Of a DNA stretch of 64,000 nt, positions 26,012 through 35,981 are shown piece by piece. Below the pieces are notes generated by a model that was not told the DNA's origin, searched no databases, and worked only from the letters and a program-made list of their open reading frames with translations. The DNA is from an uncultured Candidatus Saccharibacteria bacterium (GTDB taxonomy: Bacteria; Patescibacteriota; Minisyncoccia; Phycocordibacterales; PALSA-1337). Position 1 is the first letter of the stretch. Each line of letters opens with the position of its first letter. Made by a program: the position numbers and the translations under genes. The stretch spans positions 895 through 64,894 of the forward strand of contig CAZHHB010000001.1 in NCBI GenBank assembly GCA_964532285.1. The letters are read 5' to 3'.

Positions 26012-27307
26012 TTACGGATTATGTCCAGTATCATCAGGTACTTTTGGGATTTTTTCATCTAGTATATCTTTTTCTATTTGTTCTGGGTCGCCATCCATCA
26101 CAACACCTTGCTCAAAAACATGGAATGCATCTCTGGCATATTTACCTTTTATAACTTTGAATGAGATAGGATCAGTAACAGGAACTCGTTTACCTTCGTA
26201 AAAGAAATTTTTCCAATCCCAAGCATATCCAGTAGCGATACATTGAAATCCTTCGAAAAAACTAAATACAAAGTTGTCGGGATTTGCTCCGATAGAATTT
26301 CCGTGATAATAGACAGTATTCCCATCTGTCCAATACCTATCAGATCCACAGGACCCAGCATCATAAGTGGGTTGACCTATGATTACCTGGAAGGATTGAT
26401 AATAGAGTTCGTCAGCGATTTTTTTGTATTCGAAATAGATATGTTTATTACTGGCAAAGTACCCCTCTCCCAAACTTACAAAATCTGTTGTCGATGCATC
26501 AGTAAGTGAAATTTTATTAAAAAACACCGTATCTTTGTCTGCCCAATAGTCTCCAACTCCAAGTTTGTGAAAAGTTAGCGGATCGGCGTTTATGACTTCA
26601 ATGGCACGATTTCTTTCTGATTCGATTGGGGAATATCGGCAAAAAGAAAACACTTTTTCTAAATTTATGAAATATAAACAACCTTTTAGATCATCACTTT
26701 TATATATTTTTTTGATATCTAGTGATAATTGATAAATTTCTGATAAGGACGGATTGTTTATATCGTAAAAATACGCTCTGTTATTGCTTGTAATTATATT
26801 ATTAGAAATATAATTGAAATCATTATTGGCTAGACCACTCACTCTTACCGAAGATCTGACCTCACCACCATAAGCATCTTTTTGTCGTATAAAGGCAATT
26901 CCTATTAGTCCATATTTGTCTTTGGCAAGATCAGTATCATTAGAAATAACCGAGAAGCTTGCTATGTCTACTGGCGGATTAAGTTGGACAATGGTTGGTG
27001 GATTACAACCAGTAAAATTGGTATTCCATATGGTATTTTTGTCACCGAAATAGTTTTCATTATAGACATGAATAGAGGCGTAGTCGATCGGTATTTCGAT
27101 ATAATCATCCCGATAAGAACAGTTGTACCTAAAATAAACATGATCCCCCATAACCCAAATATTTTTATTTATGAGCTGGGGCTTTGAGGATGGTGCGAAT
27201 TCTTTAATCTGAGACTTATTAGAAATGAAATATATAACACCCACGATTACAGTGGCCGTGAGGATGTAGTATAGTGGAAGACTTATTTTATACGATCCGA
27301 TTTTCAT
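26012..27307 (-). CDS. Membrane-anchored protein with DKNYY-family repeats
   Basis: N-terminal TM helix. Repeated DKNxVYY / DGNTVYYHG / YAxDxKNxFYEGKR segments typical of the DKNYY family. Confidence 0.5.
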   Translation of the reverse strand: MKIGSYKISLPLYYILTATVIVGVIYFISNKSQIKEFAPSSKPQLINKNIWVMGDHVYFRYNCSYRDDYIEIPIDYASIHVYNENYFGDKNTIWNTNFTGCNPPTIVQLNPPVDIASFSVISNDTDLAKDKYGLIGIAFIRQKDAYGGEVRSSVRVSGLANNDFNYISNNIITSNNRAYFYDINNPSLSEIYQLSLDIKKIYKSDDLKGCLYFINLEKVFSFCRYSPIESERNRAIEVINADPLTFHKLGVGDYWADKDTVFFNKISLTDASTTDFVSLGEGYFASNKHIYFEYKKIADELYYQSFQVIIGQPTYDAGSCGSDRYWTDGNTVYYHGNSIGANPDNFVFSFFEGFQCIATGYAWDWKNFFYEGKRVPVTDPISFKVIKGKYARDAFHVFEQGVVMDGDPEQIEKDILDEKIPKVPDDTGHNP

Positions 27308-27391
27308 GTTAATAAGACAATAACATCAAGTATTACTTATTACAATTGTTACGACCAACATTGATACTATTCAGGGTACAAAATCCGATAC

Positions 27392-28264
27392 CTATGTAAT
27401 CACCGCCAAGATAATCGCAGAGGTCAAGGCGATCACGAGACCGATCTTCTGATGTCGTTGGAGCTTTTCGTGACTTATAGCGAGACCTAGAATGACAGCG
27501 ACTATTATAGAACTCTCAGAAAGACCGGTAGCTATCGCTATCGGCACCAAACTCATAGCAAAAGCGTAAGCAATCCACGCAACATTATCAGCTATAGACA
27601 TCACTAGCATCAAGCTTCGGTTAGCCATAATGTCGCGGAACATTCTACCGAATTTTTTCTGGCTCAAAATAAAGACACTAGAAATGGTGACCATAACTAG
27701 ATTTAATATGAAATTTGCAAGAAGTGGATTTGTAATGCGCGAACCCCAGCCTAATAGAAAATCACCAAATCCCATAACTATCGCTCCTACAAAAAATATA
27801 ATCACCCCTTTTTCCAAGAAAAAGCTCTTGGTAAACTTTTTTTCCCTGAAAGAAACCATAAAAAGACCCACCATTAGAATGACAATCACAAAAATCTGTA
27901 ACCAACTAATCCTGTCTCCTAATACAAAAAAGGCAAGAAGGGAAGCCGCTGGTATTTCAAATGCGAGTAATGGTTCCAATACAGCGATCTTGCCTCTTTT
28001 GTAACCTTCAAATATTAGTAACGAGGCACAAGTAAGAAAGATTCCGGATGAAATCAAGACCATCAAACCATCACCAGATTCAACAAACAACTTCGGCAAA
28101 TCCCTGTAAACAAAAGGTAACAATACGACTGTCCCGAAGGAAGTAATAACGAAGAGCGTTTCCCAATCTCCCAACTTTCGTGTCGATTTTTGTATAGAAA
28201 AATCACCAAAACCCCAACAGAGCATGGCTATGAAGGCAAACCCTATTCCTAAACTTATAATCAT
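27392..28264 (-). CDS. EamA/DMT-superfamily transporter (10 TM)
   Basis: Two EamA-like halves, 290 aa, hydrophobic throughout. Confidence 0.65.
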   Translation of the reverse strand: MIISLGIGFAFIAMLCWGFGDFSIQKSTRKLGDWETLFVITSFGTVVLLPFVYRDLPKLFVESGDGLMVLISSGIFLTCASLLIFEGYKRGKIAVLEPLLAFEIPAASLLAFFVLGDRISWLQIFVIVILMVGLFMVSFREKKFTKSFFLEKGVIIFFVGAIVMGFGDFLLGWGSRITNPLLANFILNLVMVTISSVFILSQKKFGRMFRDIMANRSLMLVMSIADNVAWIAYAFAMSLVPIAIATGLSESSIIVAVILGLAISHEKLQRHQKIGLVIALTSAIILAVIT

Positions 28265-28313
28265 ACTTGGAACATTATAACAAACTCCATATATTTAGAA
28301 GCCCACACCTATC

Positions 28314-28351
28314 CAAGATCCGATCTAGGTATACCGAGATCCGATCTTGGA
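28314..28351. repeat. Tandem pair of the CCAAGATCCGATCTTGG-type palindrome, followed by GATAAT
   Basis: CCAAGATCCGATCTAGG (28314-28330) and CCGAGATCCGATCTTGG (28335-28351). The same palindrome occurs at 44965-44981, 45996-46013 and 46018-46034. Confidence 0.7.
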
Positions 28352-28359
28352 TAATTTTT

Positions 28360-28415
28360 ACTCATACCTCAGTGCCTCTATCGGACTCTTCTTGGACGCT
28401 TGGCTGGCAGGATAA
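28360..28415. repeat. 56-bp perfect direct-repeat copy of the 3' end (last 18 codons plus stop) of the MacB-like permease gene. It is the left boundary of the purD cassette.
   Basis: Identical to 29981-30036, which encodes ...GGYPASQASKKSPIEALRYE-stop of the permease. Confidence 0.9.
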
Positions 28416-28441
28416 CTTCCCTACTACCAGACCCTAGATCA

Positions 28442-28471
28442 ACCATTTTCGTCAACTGGCGAAAATGGTTA
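28442..28471. repeat. Hairpin repeat H2 (AACCATTTTCGTCA-actg-GCGAAAATGGTT). It shows compensatory substitutions relative to H1.
   Basis: An A-T pair in H1 is replaced by a C-G pair at the same stem position. The flanks are conserved. Confidence 0.7.
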
Positions 28472-28526
28472 CTATTATAAAATCCTCACCACGATAAACA
28501 TGGTGAGGATTGGGGAGTTAAAAAAC

Positions 28527-29834
28527 TTACTGTTGACCAGAAATATGCTTGATTGCCTTATCGCCAATATCGAGTCGCATATGTTTACCGTTGAAATGAA
28601 TCTCGTGAGCTGCCTTATAGGCTCTTTCCTTGGCAACCAACAAATTTTCACCCCACGCAGTGACACCGAGTACTCGTCCTCCGTTAGTTCCAAACATATT
28701 TCCCATCATTTTCGTACCGGCATGGAAGACTTTGACATTCTCCATTTTGGCAACACGGTCAAGACCCCAGATCATCTGATCATTGCTTTGCCCCTTAGGA
28801 TACCCCTTTGAGGAAAGCGCTACGCAGACAGAAGCCTCCGCACCTTTCCGCCAATCCAATCTAACATGTTCGAAGTCGCTAGCCGACGAACAGGCGTGGA
28901 GTATCTCGAACAGATCAGATTCAAGTCTAACCATGTATGCCTGGGCTTCAGGATCACCGAAACGAGCGTTGAATTCCAAAACCTTCAAGCCATCGTCTGT
29001 AAGCATGATGCCAGGATAGAGCATGCCACTATAATCAATACCTTCAGCCACACAGCCATCATGCCAACGAGCAATGATTTCTTCATTGATTTTCCCAAGC
29101 AGTTCACTAGTGATAAATGATGTGGGACAACATACACCCATGCCACCAGTCATCGGACCACGATCATTATCAAGTAAGTGCTTGTGATCTTGCGAAGTAG
29201 GAAATGGGTACACATTCCTCTTGTTGCAAAGTAGATGTAACGAGATTTCGGTACCAACAAGTCTTTCTTGGATAAGGATAGGCAAATTCGGATGTTCTTT
29301 GAATTTCGCATCAATAATTTCAAAAGCGTATTCTGGAAGATCAGAAATGTTCACACCTTTTCCTCTACACAGGCCATCAGATTTTATAACACAATACCCA
29401 CGGAGCTTACCTGCATACAACTTTGCTTGTTCTGGATCCGTGAAGATCTCCCCACGAGGTGACGGGATGTTCCAACGCTTCATGAAGTTATGCGAATAAA
29501 CTTTCGAAGACTCAATCTTGGCAGCTTTTTGCGTAGGAGCAAAGATCGCAAACTTATTATGGATGAACATGTCTGCAATACCCATAGCAAGCGGTTCATC
29601 AGGACCAACGATCGTAAGAGTCGGCTTATTTGAATTAGCAAAACCCAAGAGCCTAGTGCAATCAGTGGCCTTAATACTCACACACTGAACAAGCGTTCCA
29701 TTCCTCAACCTTTCTTGTGCGATACCTGGATTTCCAGGGGCACACCACAATTCCGTAATATCTGGCGAGCGTGCCAAGGACCATACAAGGGCATGTTCCC
29801 TACCACCTCCACCAACAACAAGGACAGTACTCAT
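28527..29834 (-). CDS. purD: Phosphoribosylamine--glycine ligase (GAR synthetase)
   Basis: [18 protein letters not shown]-terminus. ATP-grasp architecture. 435 aa. Confidence 0.88.
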   Translation of the reverse strand: MSTVLVVGGGGREHALVWSLARSPDITELWCAPGNPGIAQERLRNGTLVQCVSIKATDCTRLLGFANSNKPTLTIVGPDEPLAMGIADMFIHNKFAIFAPTQKAAKIESSKVYSHNFMKRWNIPSPRGEIFTDPEQAKLYAGKLRGYCVIKSDGLCRGKGVNISDLPEYAFEIIDAKFKEHPNLPILIQERLVGTEISLHLLCNKRNVYPFPTSQDHKHLLDNDRGPMTGGMGVCCPTSFITSELLGKINEEIIARWHDGCVAEGIDYSGMLYPGIMLTDDGLKVLEFNARFGDPEAQAYMVRLESDLFEILHACSSASDFEHVRLDWRKGAEASVCVALSSKGYPKGQSNDQMIWGLDRVAKMENVKVFHAGTKMMGNMFGTNGGRVLGVTAWGENLLVAKERAYKAAHEIHFNGKHMRLDIGDKAIKHISGQQ

Positions 29835-29979
29835 ATATTTTCCTTTCGATGAGCATTTTACTAGTTTCTATTATGACTATACTGATTTCTGACACTTTGT
29901 CCAAGGTCCGACCTAGCTATCTCTAAAACATCATTTTTTACACACTGGATTCCCGCCTTCGCGGGAATGACAATTTTCC

Positions 29980-31215
29980 CTACTCATACCTCAGTGCCTC
30001 TATCGGACTCTTCTTGGACGCTTGGCTGGCAGGATAGCCACCAAAGATGAGGCCTATGAGGGCCGATACGGAGAAACCGAGCAGTGCCCCGCCCCAAGGG
30101 AAGATGAACTGCCAATTGACGCCTAACCCCTTGGAAAGTCCTAGAGCAATAACAAATGACAACAATGATCCCAAGACAATACCGATGATACCACCCATGG
30201 CTGTAAGCAAGACAGCCTCAAGCAAGAACTGACGTAAAATATCCCTATCAGTTGCACCTAGAGCTTTGCGCAAGCCGATCTCACGCGTGCGCTCTGTGAC
30301 CGCCACAAGCATTATGTTCATGATCCCAACACCACCGACAAAAAGAGCGATCGATGCCATTGCCACGAGGAAATAAGTAAGCGTATCTGTAATGGTACCA
30401 AGACGATTCGCCAAGTCCTGCTGGGTTTGAACAGTAAAGTCATCCTTGGTTGGATCCGTAATACCGTGTGTCTCGCGTAAAGTTATTTTGATATCATCAG
30501 CCGTAACAGCTACATCCTGATCAGTTTCAGCCTGGATTATAAAACGACTGAAGTATTTCTGACCTAAAATATAATCTTGCGCTGTTGTATAAGGAACGAG
30601 CACCATATCATCAAAATTAAATAATGAACCGCCGCCAGTCTCCGGCAACACACCTATCACTTTGAAATTTCTACCTTTTATTTTGACTTTCTGTCCCAAG
30701 GCTTCATCACCATCAAAGAGATGTGTTTTCACTTTTGAACCTAGAATTGCCACATCACCTCGAGATAAAACATCATCACTAGTGAAGAATTCACCCTTAG
30801 GGTGTAGATCAAACACTTCAGCCATAAGTTGTGTCGCTCCAAAGATAGAGACCTGGTAGGTATTGGAATCATGAACAGCAGAACCTGCCCCGAAGACGGT
30901 CGGCATGATGGTCTTCAATTTCGGAACATTCGCCTTATTGCGTAAAGCGACAATATCTTTTTCTTTTAATGAATCACTGAACAAAGAAGTCACATCTGAT
31001 GGTCCAGTTGGTTCCCTGCCAGGAATAACCGCTATCATATTTGTCCCGAGGCCTTGTACTTGCCCGAGTATCAAAGCTTGTGCACCTGCACCCAGAGAGA
31101 CCACGAGCATGATAGCCGTAATACCTATCACAATACCGAGAATAGTAAGGGAGGTTCTTGACCTATTCGTAGTCAATCCAGTCAATGCGGTTTTTAAGAG
31201 GTGTTTCCAGGTCAT
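29980..31215 (-). CDS. ABC transporter permease, MacB/FtsX family
   Basis: 411 aa. Large periplasmic domain between TM1 and TM2, plus a C-terminal FtsX 4-TM bundle ending in ...PIEALRYE. Confidence 0.85.
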   Translation of the reverse strand: MTWKHLLKTALTGLTTNRSRTSLTILGIVIGITAIMLVVSLGAGAQALILGQVQGLGTNMIAVIPGREPTGPSDVTSLFSDSLKEKDIVALRNKANVPKLKTIMPTVFGAGSAVHDSNTYQVSIFGATQLMAEVFDLHPKGEFFTSDDVLSRGDVAILGSKVKTHLFDGDEALGQKVKIKGRNFKVIGVLPETGGGSLFNFDDMVLVPYTTAQDYILGQKYFSRFIIQAETDQDVAVTADDIKITLRETHGITDPTKDDFTVQTQQDLANRLGTITDTLTYFLVAMASIALFVGGVGIMNIMLVAVTERTREIGLRKALGATDRDILRQFLLEAVLLTAMGGIIGIVLGSLLSFVIALGLSKGLGVNWQFIFPWGGALLGFSVSALIGLIFGGYPASQASKKSPIEALRYE

Positions 31216-31216
31216 G

Positions 31217-31933
31217 TTATTTTACAAATTCATCCTCGGCCGTTAGACGATGCTTCACTTTCCTATCACTATCTATCTCACCATCCATGAGATGGATGAT
31301 GCGTTCTGCGTGTTCAGCTGTAGAAGTCTCGTGGGTGATGAGTATGATAGTTTTCCCTTGTTTTTCATTCAAATGTTGAATGATAGACATGACATTCTTA
31401 CCTGATTTGGAATCGAGGTTGCCAGTAGGTTCATCTGCAAATATTACTTCTGGATCAGTCACGAGGGCTCTAGCTATAGCTACGCGTTGTTTCTCACCAC
31501 CAGAAAGCTCCGACGACTGATGATACATCCTGTGTTCCAAACCGACATCCTTGACGGCTTTCTGTGCCCTTTCTTCCCATTCACTTTCTGGAACATCTGA
31601 ATAATAAAGCGGCAGTTTTACATTGTTCAAAACCGAGGTACGGGCCAATAAATTGAACATCTGAAAAACGAATCCTATCTTGTAATTGCGTAGCTTTGCC
31701 GCTTCATCACCGGAATAAGATGAAATATTTTTCCCATCGAAGAGATATTGTCCACTCGTAGGGGTATCCAAAAGACCCAAGAGATGCAGGAGTGTTGACT
31801 TACCACTTCCAGACGGACCCATGATAGCCAGGAATTCACCTTTACGAACACTGAAAGTCACCCCATTCAGGGCATAAGTATCAGTCCCATCATGATAAGA
31901 CTTCTTTAGGTTTTTGACTTCAATGATATTCAT
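31217..31933 (-). CDS. ABC transporter ATP-binding protein (MacB/LolD-type)
   Basis: Walker [10 protein letters not shown]. Signature [15 protein letters not shown]. Walker [13 protein letters not shown]. Confidence 0.9.
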   Translation of the reverse strand: MNIIEVKNLKKSYHDGTDTYALNGVTFSVRKGEFLAIMGPSGSGKSTLLHLLGLLDTPTSGQYLFDGKNISSYSGDEAAKLRNYKIGFVFQMFNLLARTSVLNNVKLPLYYSDVPESEWEERAQKAVKDVGLEHRMYHQSSELSGGEKQRVAIARALVTDPEVIFADEPTGNLDSKSGKNVMSIIQHLNEKQGKTIILITHETSTAEHAERIIHLMDGEIDSDRKVKHRLTAEDEFVK

Positions 31934-33459
31934 TACTTCACATATGTCACAACCTTCTCTCCTTCCGAAACACCGGAGATTATCTCTATCATACCATCAG
32001 ATCCTTTTAGACCCGTCTCAACGGGAATAATTGTGAAATTTTTACCATCAGCCTTCAGAACTCTTATAGTTTTTGAACCTTGTGAGTCAATTATTGCACG
32101 AGACGGCACGACAAGAACACCGGAGCGCTGTTTGGTTAGAATTTCTAGATTGGCAGTCATACCAGAACGAATACGCGAGTCTTTGTTATTGAAATAAAGG
32201 ACCACCTTATAAGTAGGCACTCCTTCAAGTACTGTCTCGGCTGGATCAATAGAAGTTACAACTGCAGGAAAATCGACATACTGACCATAAGCATCTAATG
32301 TTGTAGATGCTTGGTTTCCAATAACAATCCTTGCTATATCAGACTCGGCGACAAAAGCTTCTATTTTGTAGATCCCATCACTCTGAATACTGAAAACTAC
32401 ATTGCCAGGAGATACAAATTCACCAACACTTGGCTCTACTTTTGTTATCAAACCATCAACAGGAGCTACAATGCGGCTCTTTTCCAATTCGGCTTTATAA
32501 GAAGCGACTGTAGCACTTTGAGCGTTTATGGATTGCTGTGATGAACCGGCGTTTTTCAGGATAAAATTATTATTAGCTTGCTCATAGGAAGCAATTGCAT
32601 TTTCCAAGTTTGTTTTTGCACCAGTGACAGAAGTTATGGCTTGATTCTCTGCGGATAAACCGGAATTCATAGAAGACACGAGTGCATCAATAGCAGTCTG
32701 AGACATACCCGAACTGACAGGGCTGAGATTATTCACAATCGTAGACAAATCACCCGTGAAAGATTTTATTATACTTAGATAATCACCGGCCCTAGAAATG
32801 AGGACGGCGATATTATTGGTAGAGTTAGCGGAATCAACTAGATCTTTCCAGACCTTCAAAGTATCACTAACCACTAAGCGTTTGTTATTGATAGAATATT
32901 GCAACGCCTGTGACTGGGTGGAAATATTTATGGTAGGATTGACACTTTGTGGATTGTCAAAAAATACATCTAGATAATTATTGACTGCACCCTGAACCTG
33001 AACATAACCAGAACGAACAGCATTCAAGGCATCCTGTTTCGCATTTTCTAGGGCAATACTAGCAGAATCAACTTTGGATTTCTCAACACCCAGCTCTTCT
33101 GGCCTCAGACCTCTCACCAAATCATCCAACTTGGCTTGGGCAGACGCCAAAGAGGCTACTTCGCCGGCATTCTCGAGAGAAGCTATAACTTTCCCCTTAC
33201 TTATACGATCACCGACTTTGACATTTATCTTTGCAATAACACCACTTTTCTCAAAAGCCAGATCTGCCTTTTCTACAGGTAATATTTTACCAGTCACACT
33301 GACCCTTTCGACAATATTCCCCATTTTCACTTCAGTAGACTCAACAATGGGGCTCTTACCGCTACGTAAAAAACCAAAATACACAACCATCACTAAAATG
33401 ATTGCGCTTATCACTGTGTATTTATTTATGATGTACTTCTTTACAAAAGACTTCTTCAT
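31933..33459 (-). CDS. HlyD/MacA-like periplasmic adaptor (membrane fusion protein)
   Basis: N-terminal TM. Long coiled-coil, lipoyl/beta-barrel segments. Forms an operon with the ABC ATPase and permease. Confidence 0.8.
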   Translation of the reverse strand: MKKSFVKKYIINKYTVISAIILVMVVYFGFLRSGKSPIVESTEVKMGNIVERVSVTGKILPVEKADLAFEKSGVIAKINVKVGDRISKGKVIASLENAGEVASLASAQAKLDDLVRGLRPEELGVEKSKVDSASIALENAKQDALNAVRSGYVQVQGAVNNYLDVFFDNPQSVNPTINISTQSQALQYSINNKRLVVSDTLKVWKDLVDSANSTNNIAVLISRAGDYLSIIKSFTGDLSTIVNNLSPVSSGMSQTAIDALVSSMNSGLSAENQAITSVTGAKTNLENAIASYEQANNNFILKNAGSSQQSINAQSATVASYKAELEKSRIVAPVDGLITKVEPSVGEFVSPGNVVFSIQSDGIYKIEAFVAESDIARIVIGNQASTTLDAYGQYVDFPAVVTSIDPAETVLEGVPTYKVVLYFNNKDSRIRSGMTANLEILTKQRSGVLVVPSRAIIDSQGSKTIRVLKADGKNFTIIPVETGLKGSDGMIEIISGVSEGEKVVTYVK

Positions 33460-33481
33460 TCGTTACATTATAACAGAAATT

Positions 33482-34087
33482 TTATCCGACAATTTCAACA
33501 AGCGTCCCCCTCCTTCCCGGAACAGCACCCGATACATAGATAATGTTTTCTTGTTCATCAATATGAGAAATCTTCAGATTCTTGACAGTAACACGGTCTC
33601 CACCCATTCTTCCCGCCATGCGCATACCTACTGGAACATGTGTGCGTAGACCACCTCCGATAGAGCCTGGCTCGCGCTCGGAATGCTTCTGACCATGAGT
33701 CCTAGGACCGCCATGGAAACCGTGACGTTTGACCACGCCTTGGAAACCCTTACCCTTGGAGATAGCACTTACCATAACAGTGTCTCCCACTTTGAACTGA
33801 GATAACTCTATCTTATCGCCAACTTTCGCGGTTGGAGCATCGACACGAAATTCGTGTACCGAAGAGAAAGAACCCAACTCCTTGAATTGTCCTTTCTGTG
33901 CCTTGTTAATCCTATTTGGATTACGAGCACCTTCCCCCACTTGCACGGCCTCATAACCATCGACTTCTTTGTTGCGAACCTGAGTGACGACATTGCCGCG
34001 TACAGCAACAGTCGTAACCGGTACCGCTTGGCCGTCGGCGTTATAGATCTGTGTCATATTCAGCTTTCTTCCAAGGATAAATTTCAT
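33482..34087 (-). CDS. rplC: 50S ribosomal protein L3
   Basis: 201 aa. ILGRKLNMTQIY...GKGFQGVVKRHGFHGGPRTHG. Confidence 0.92.
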   Translation of the reverse strand: MKFILGRKLNMTQIYNADGQAVPVTTVAVRGNVVTQVRNKEVDGYEAVQVGEGARNPNRINKAQKGQFKELGSFSSVHEFRVDAPTAKVGDKIELSQFKVGDTVMVSAISKGKGFQGVVKRHGFHGGPRTHGQKHSEREPGSIGGGLRTHVPVGMRMAGRMGGDRVTVKNLKISHIDEQENIIYVSGAVPGRRGTLVEIVG

Positions 34088-34088
34088 A

Positions 34089-34466
34089 TTACATCATCTT
34101 TACATCAATGTTTACCCCCGATGGTAAACTCAAATTGGTCAATGCTTCGATTACTTTCGGATTCGGATTAATAATATCAATCAGACGCTTATGAACTCTC
34201 ATCTCAAACTGTTCACGGGAATTCTTGTCAATAAACGAGGCTCTGTTGACTGTGTACTTCTTGATCTCTGTTGGCAACGGGACCGGACCATGGATCTCGG
34301 CGTCATAACGAGCCGCTGTATCCATGATTTGTTTCAAAGAAGCATCCAGTATCTTGTGTTCATAAGCTCTAACCCTGATCCTCAACTGCGAAACTTGATC
34401 CGGATTCTTGGCCTTGAGCACGCGCTTTGGTCTTGCTACTTTTTTAGTTGTTTCTTTTGTTGACAT
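34089..34466 (-). CDS. rpsJ: 30S ribosomal protein S10 with an N-terminal extension
   Basis: LRIRVRAYEHKILDASLKQIMDTAARYDAEIHGPVPLPT. Confidence 0.9.
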   Translation of the reverse strand: MSTKETTKKVARPKRVLKAKNPDQVSQLRIRVRAYEHKILDASLKQIMDTAARYDAEIHGPVPLPTEIKKYTVNRASFIDKNSREQFEMRVHKRLIDIINPNPKVIEALTNLSLPSGVNIDVKMM

Positions 34467-34517
34467 TTTATTTTCTTGCCCTTCGAAGCTCCGAGCTCAT
34501 CGAGGAGCGAAGTAGGG

Positions 34518-35705
34518 CTACTTAACGATCTTGGTGACGACTCCTGCACCTACTGTCTTACCACCCTCACGGACGGCGAAGTGCATTTTCTCTTCCAGAG
34601 CAACTGGAGCGACAAGCTTAACTTTGAAGGTAACGGTATCACCCGGCATAACCATCTCTACTTTCTCAGGAAGAGTTACTTCACCAGTAACATCTGTCGT
34701 ACGGATATAGAACTGAGGCTTGTATCCTGTGAAGAAAGGAGTGTGACGACCGCCCTCTTCTTTCTTCAAAACATAGATCTCAGACTCAAATTCTGTATGA
34801 GGTTTGACTGAGCCAGTCTTGGCCAATACTTGTCCGCGAGATACATCATCCTTGGCTGTACCACGGAGGAGTAATCCAGCATTATCACCAGCCATTCCCT
34901 CTTTGAGAGACTTATTGAACATTTCAATACCAGTAATAGTAGTCTTGGTTGTGTCTTTGAAGCCGACAATCTCAACTTCGTCACCAACCTTGATTATTCC
35001 GCGCTCAATACGGCCGGTAACAACAGTTCCACGACCTTCAATAGAGAAGATGTCTTCTATTGGCATAAGGAATGGCTTGTCGGTCTCACGAACTGGTGTT
35101 GGAATATAAGCATCCAAAGCGGCGAGGAGTTCGTCAATCTTCTTTGACCACTCTGCATCACCGTTCAAAGCATTTGAAGCTGAGCCACGAATAACTGGAA
35201 CATTCTTGCCGTCAAATTGATTCTTGGTCAAGAGTTCACGCACTTCCTCTTCAACAAGATCAATAAGATCAGTCTCTGGTACGAGATCACACTTGTTCAA
35301 GAAGATAACTATCTTTGGAACACCTACCTGGCGAGCCAAGAGTACATGCTCGCGAGTCTGTGGCATAACACCATCAGTAGCGGAGACGACAAGGATAGCT
35401 CCGTCCATCTGGGCGGCACCGGTGATCATGTTTTTGATGAAGTCGGCGTGTCCTGGACAGTCAATGTGAGCGTAGTGACGAGTCGGAGACTCATATTCTA
35501 CGTGTGCTAGAGAAATAGTAACTGTTTTCGTTGCATCACGAACAGTTCCTCCCTTTGTAATGTCTGCGTAAGCCTTGATATTGGCCAAGCCTTTCTTGGA
35601 CTGAACAGCCAAGATAGCGGCGGTCAATGTGGACTTCCCGTGGTCAATGTGGCCGATTGTACCGACATTAACATGCGGCTTTGTACGATTGAATTCTGCT
35701 GCCAT
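34518..35705 (-). CDS. tuf: Elongation factor Tu
   Basis: 395 aa. [20 protein letters not shown]. Confidence 0.97.
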   Translation of the reverse strand: MAAEFNRTKPHVNVGTIGHIDHGKSTLTAAILAVQSKKGLANIKAYADITKGGTVRDATKTVTISLAHVEYESPTRHYAHIDCPGHADFIKNMITGAAQMDGAILVVSATDGVMPQTREHVLLARQVGVPKIVIFLNKCDLVPETDLIDLVEEEVRELLTKNQFDGKNVPVIRGSASNALNGDAEWSKKIDELLAALDAYIPTPVRETDKPFLMPIEDIFSIEGRGTVVTGRIERGIIKVGDEVEIVGFKDTTKTTITGIEMFNKSLKEGMAGDNAGLLLRGTAKDDVSRGQVLAKTGSVKPHTEFESEIYVLKKEEGGRHTPFFTGYKPQFYIRTTDVTGEVTLPEKVEMVMPGDTVTFKVKLVAPVALEEKMHFAVREGGKTVGAGVVTKIVK

Positions 35706-35981
35706 ATGATTATTGATTTAGTGCCCCGAGCTTTGAGAACATTTTCACTTGGGTGAGTACGTGTGACGCCCAAATGACAATGCTCAAAGCGAGGGGATAA
35801 ATTATTAATAGTTTATAAAACGCCTCTTAGGCGCGTACCGGTTAGGGTAACATAATGTGGAAACAGAAGTCAAATTTCGTTCAATATCCCCTATTTTTTA
35901 CGATGGACATCCATGGGGGGGTGTTATGATGATGTTTAATGTAATTTGGTAATTATCATTATTATTTCTAATTAAAATTAA

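Noticed and set aside
29950-29975. Small hairpin TTCCCGC-cttc-GCGGGAA followed by TGACAATTTTCCC between the purD start and the permease stop, considered as a terminator
   Set aside because: The weak T-run is on the plus strand, where no plus-strand gene ends. On the minus strand the hairpin is preceded, not followed, by the U-rich tract. More likely it is part of the integration-junction sequence.
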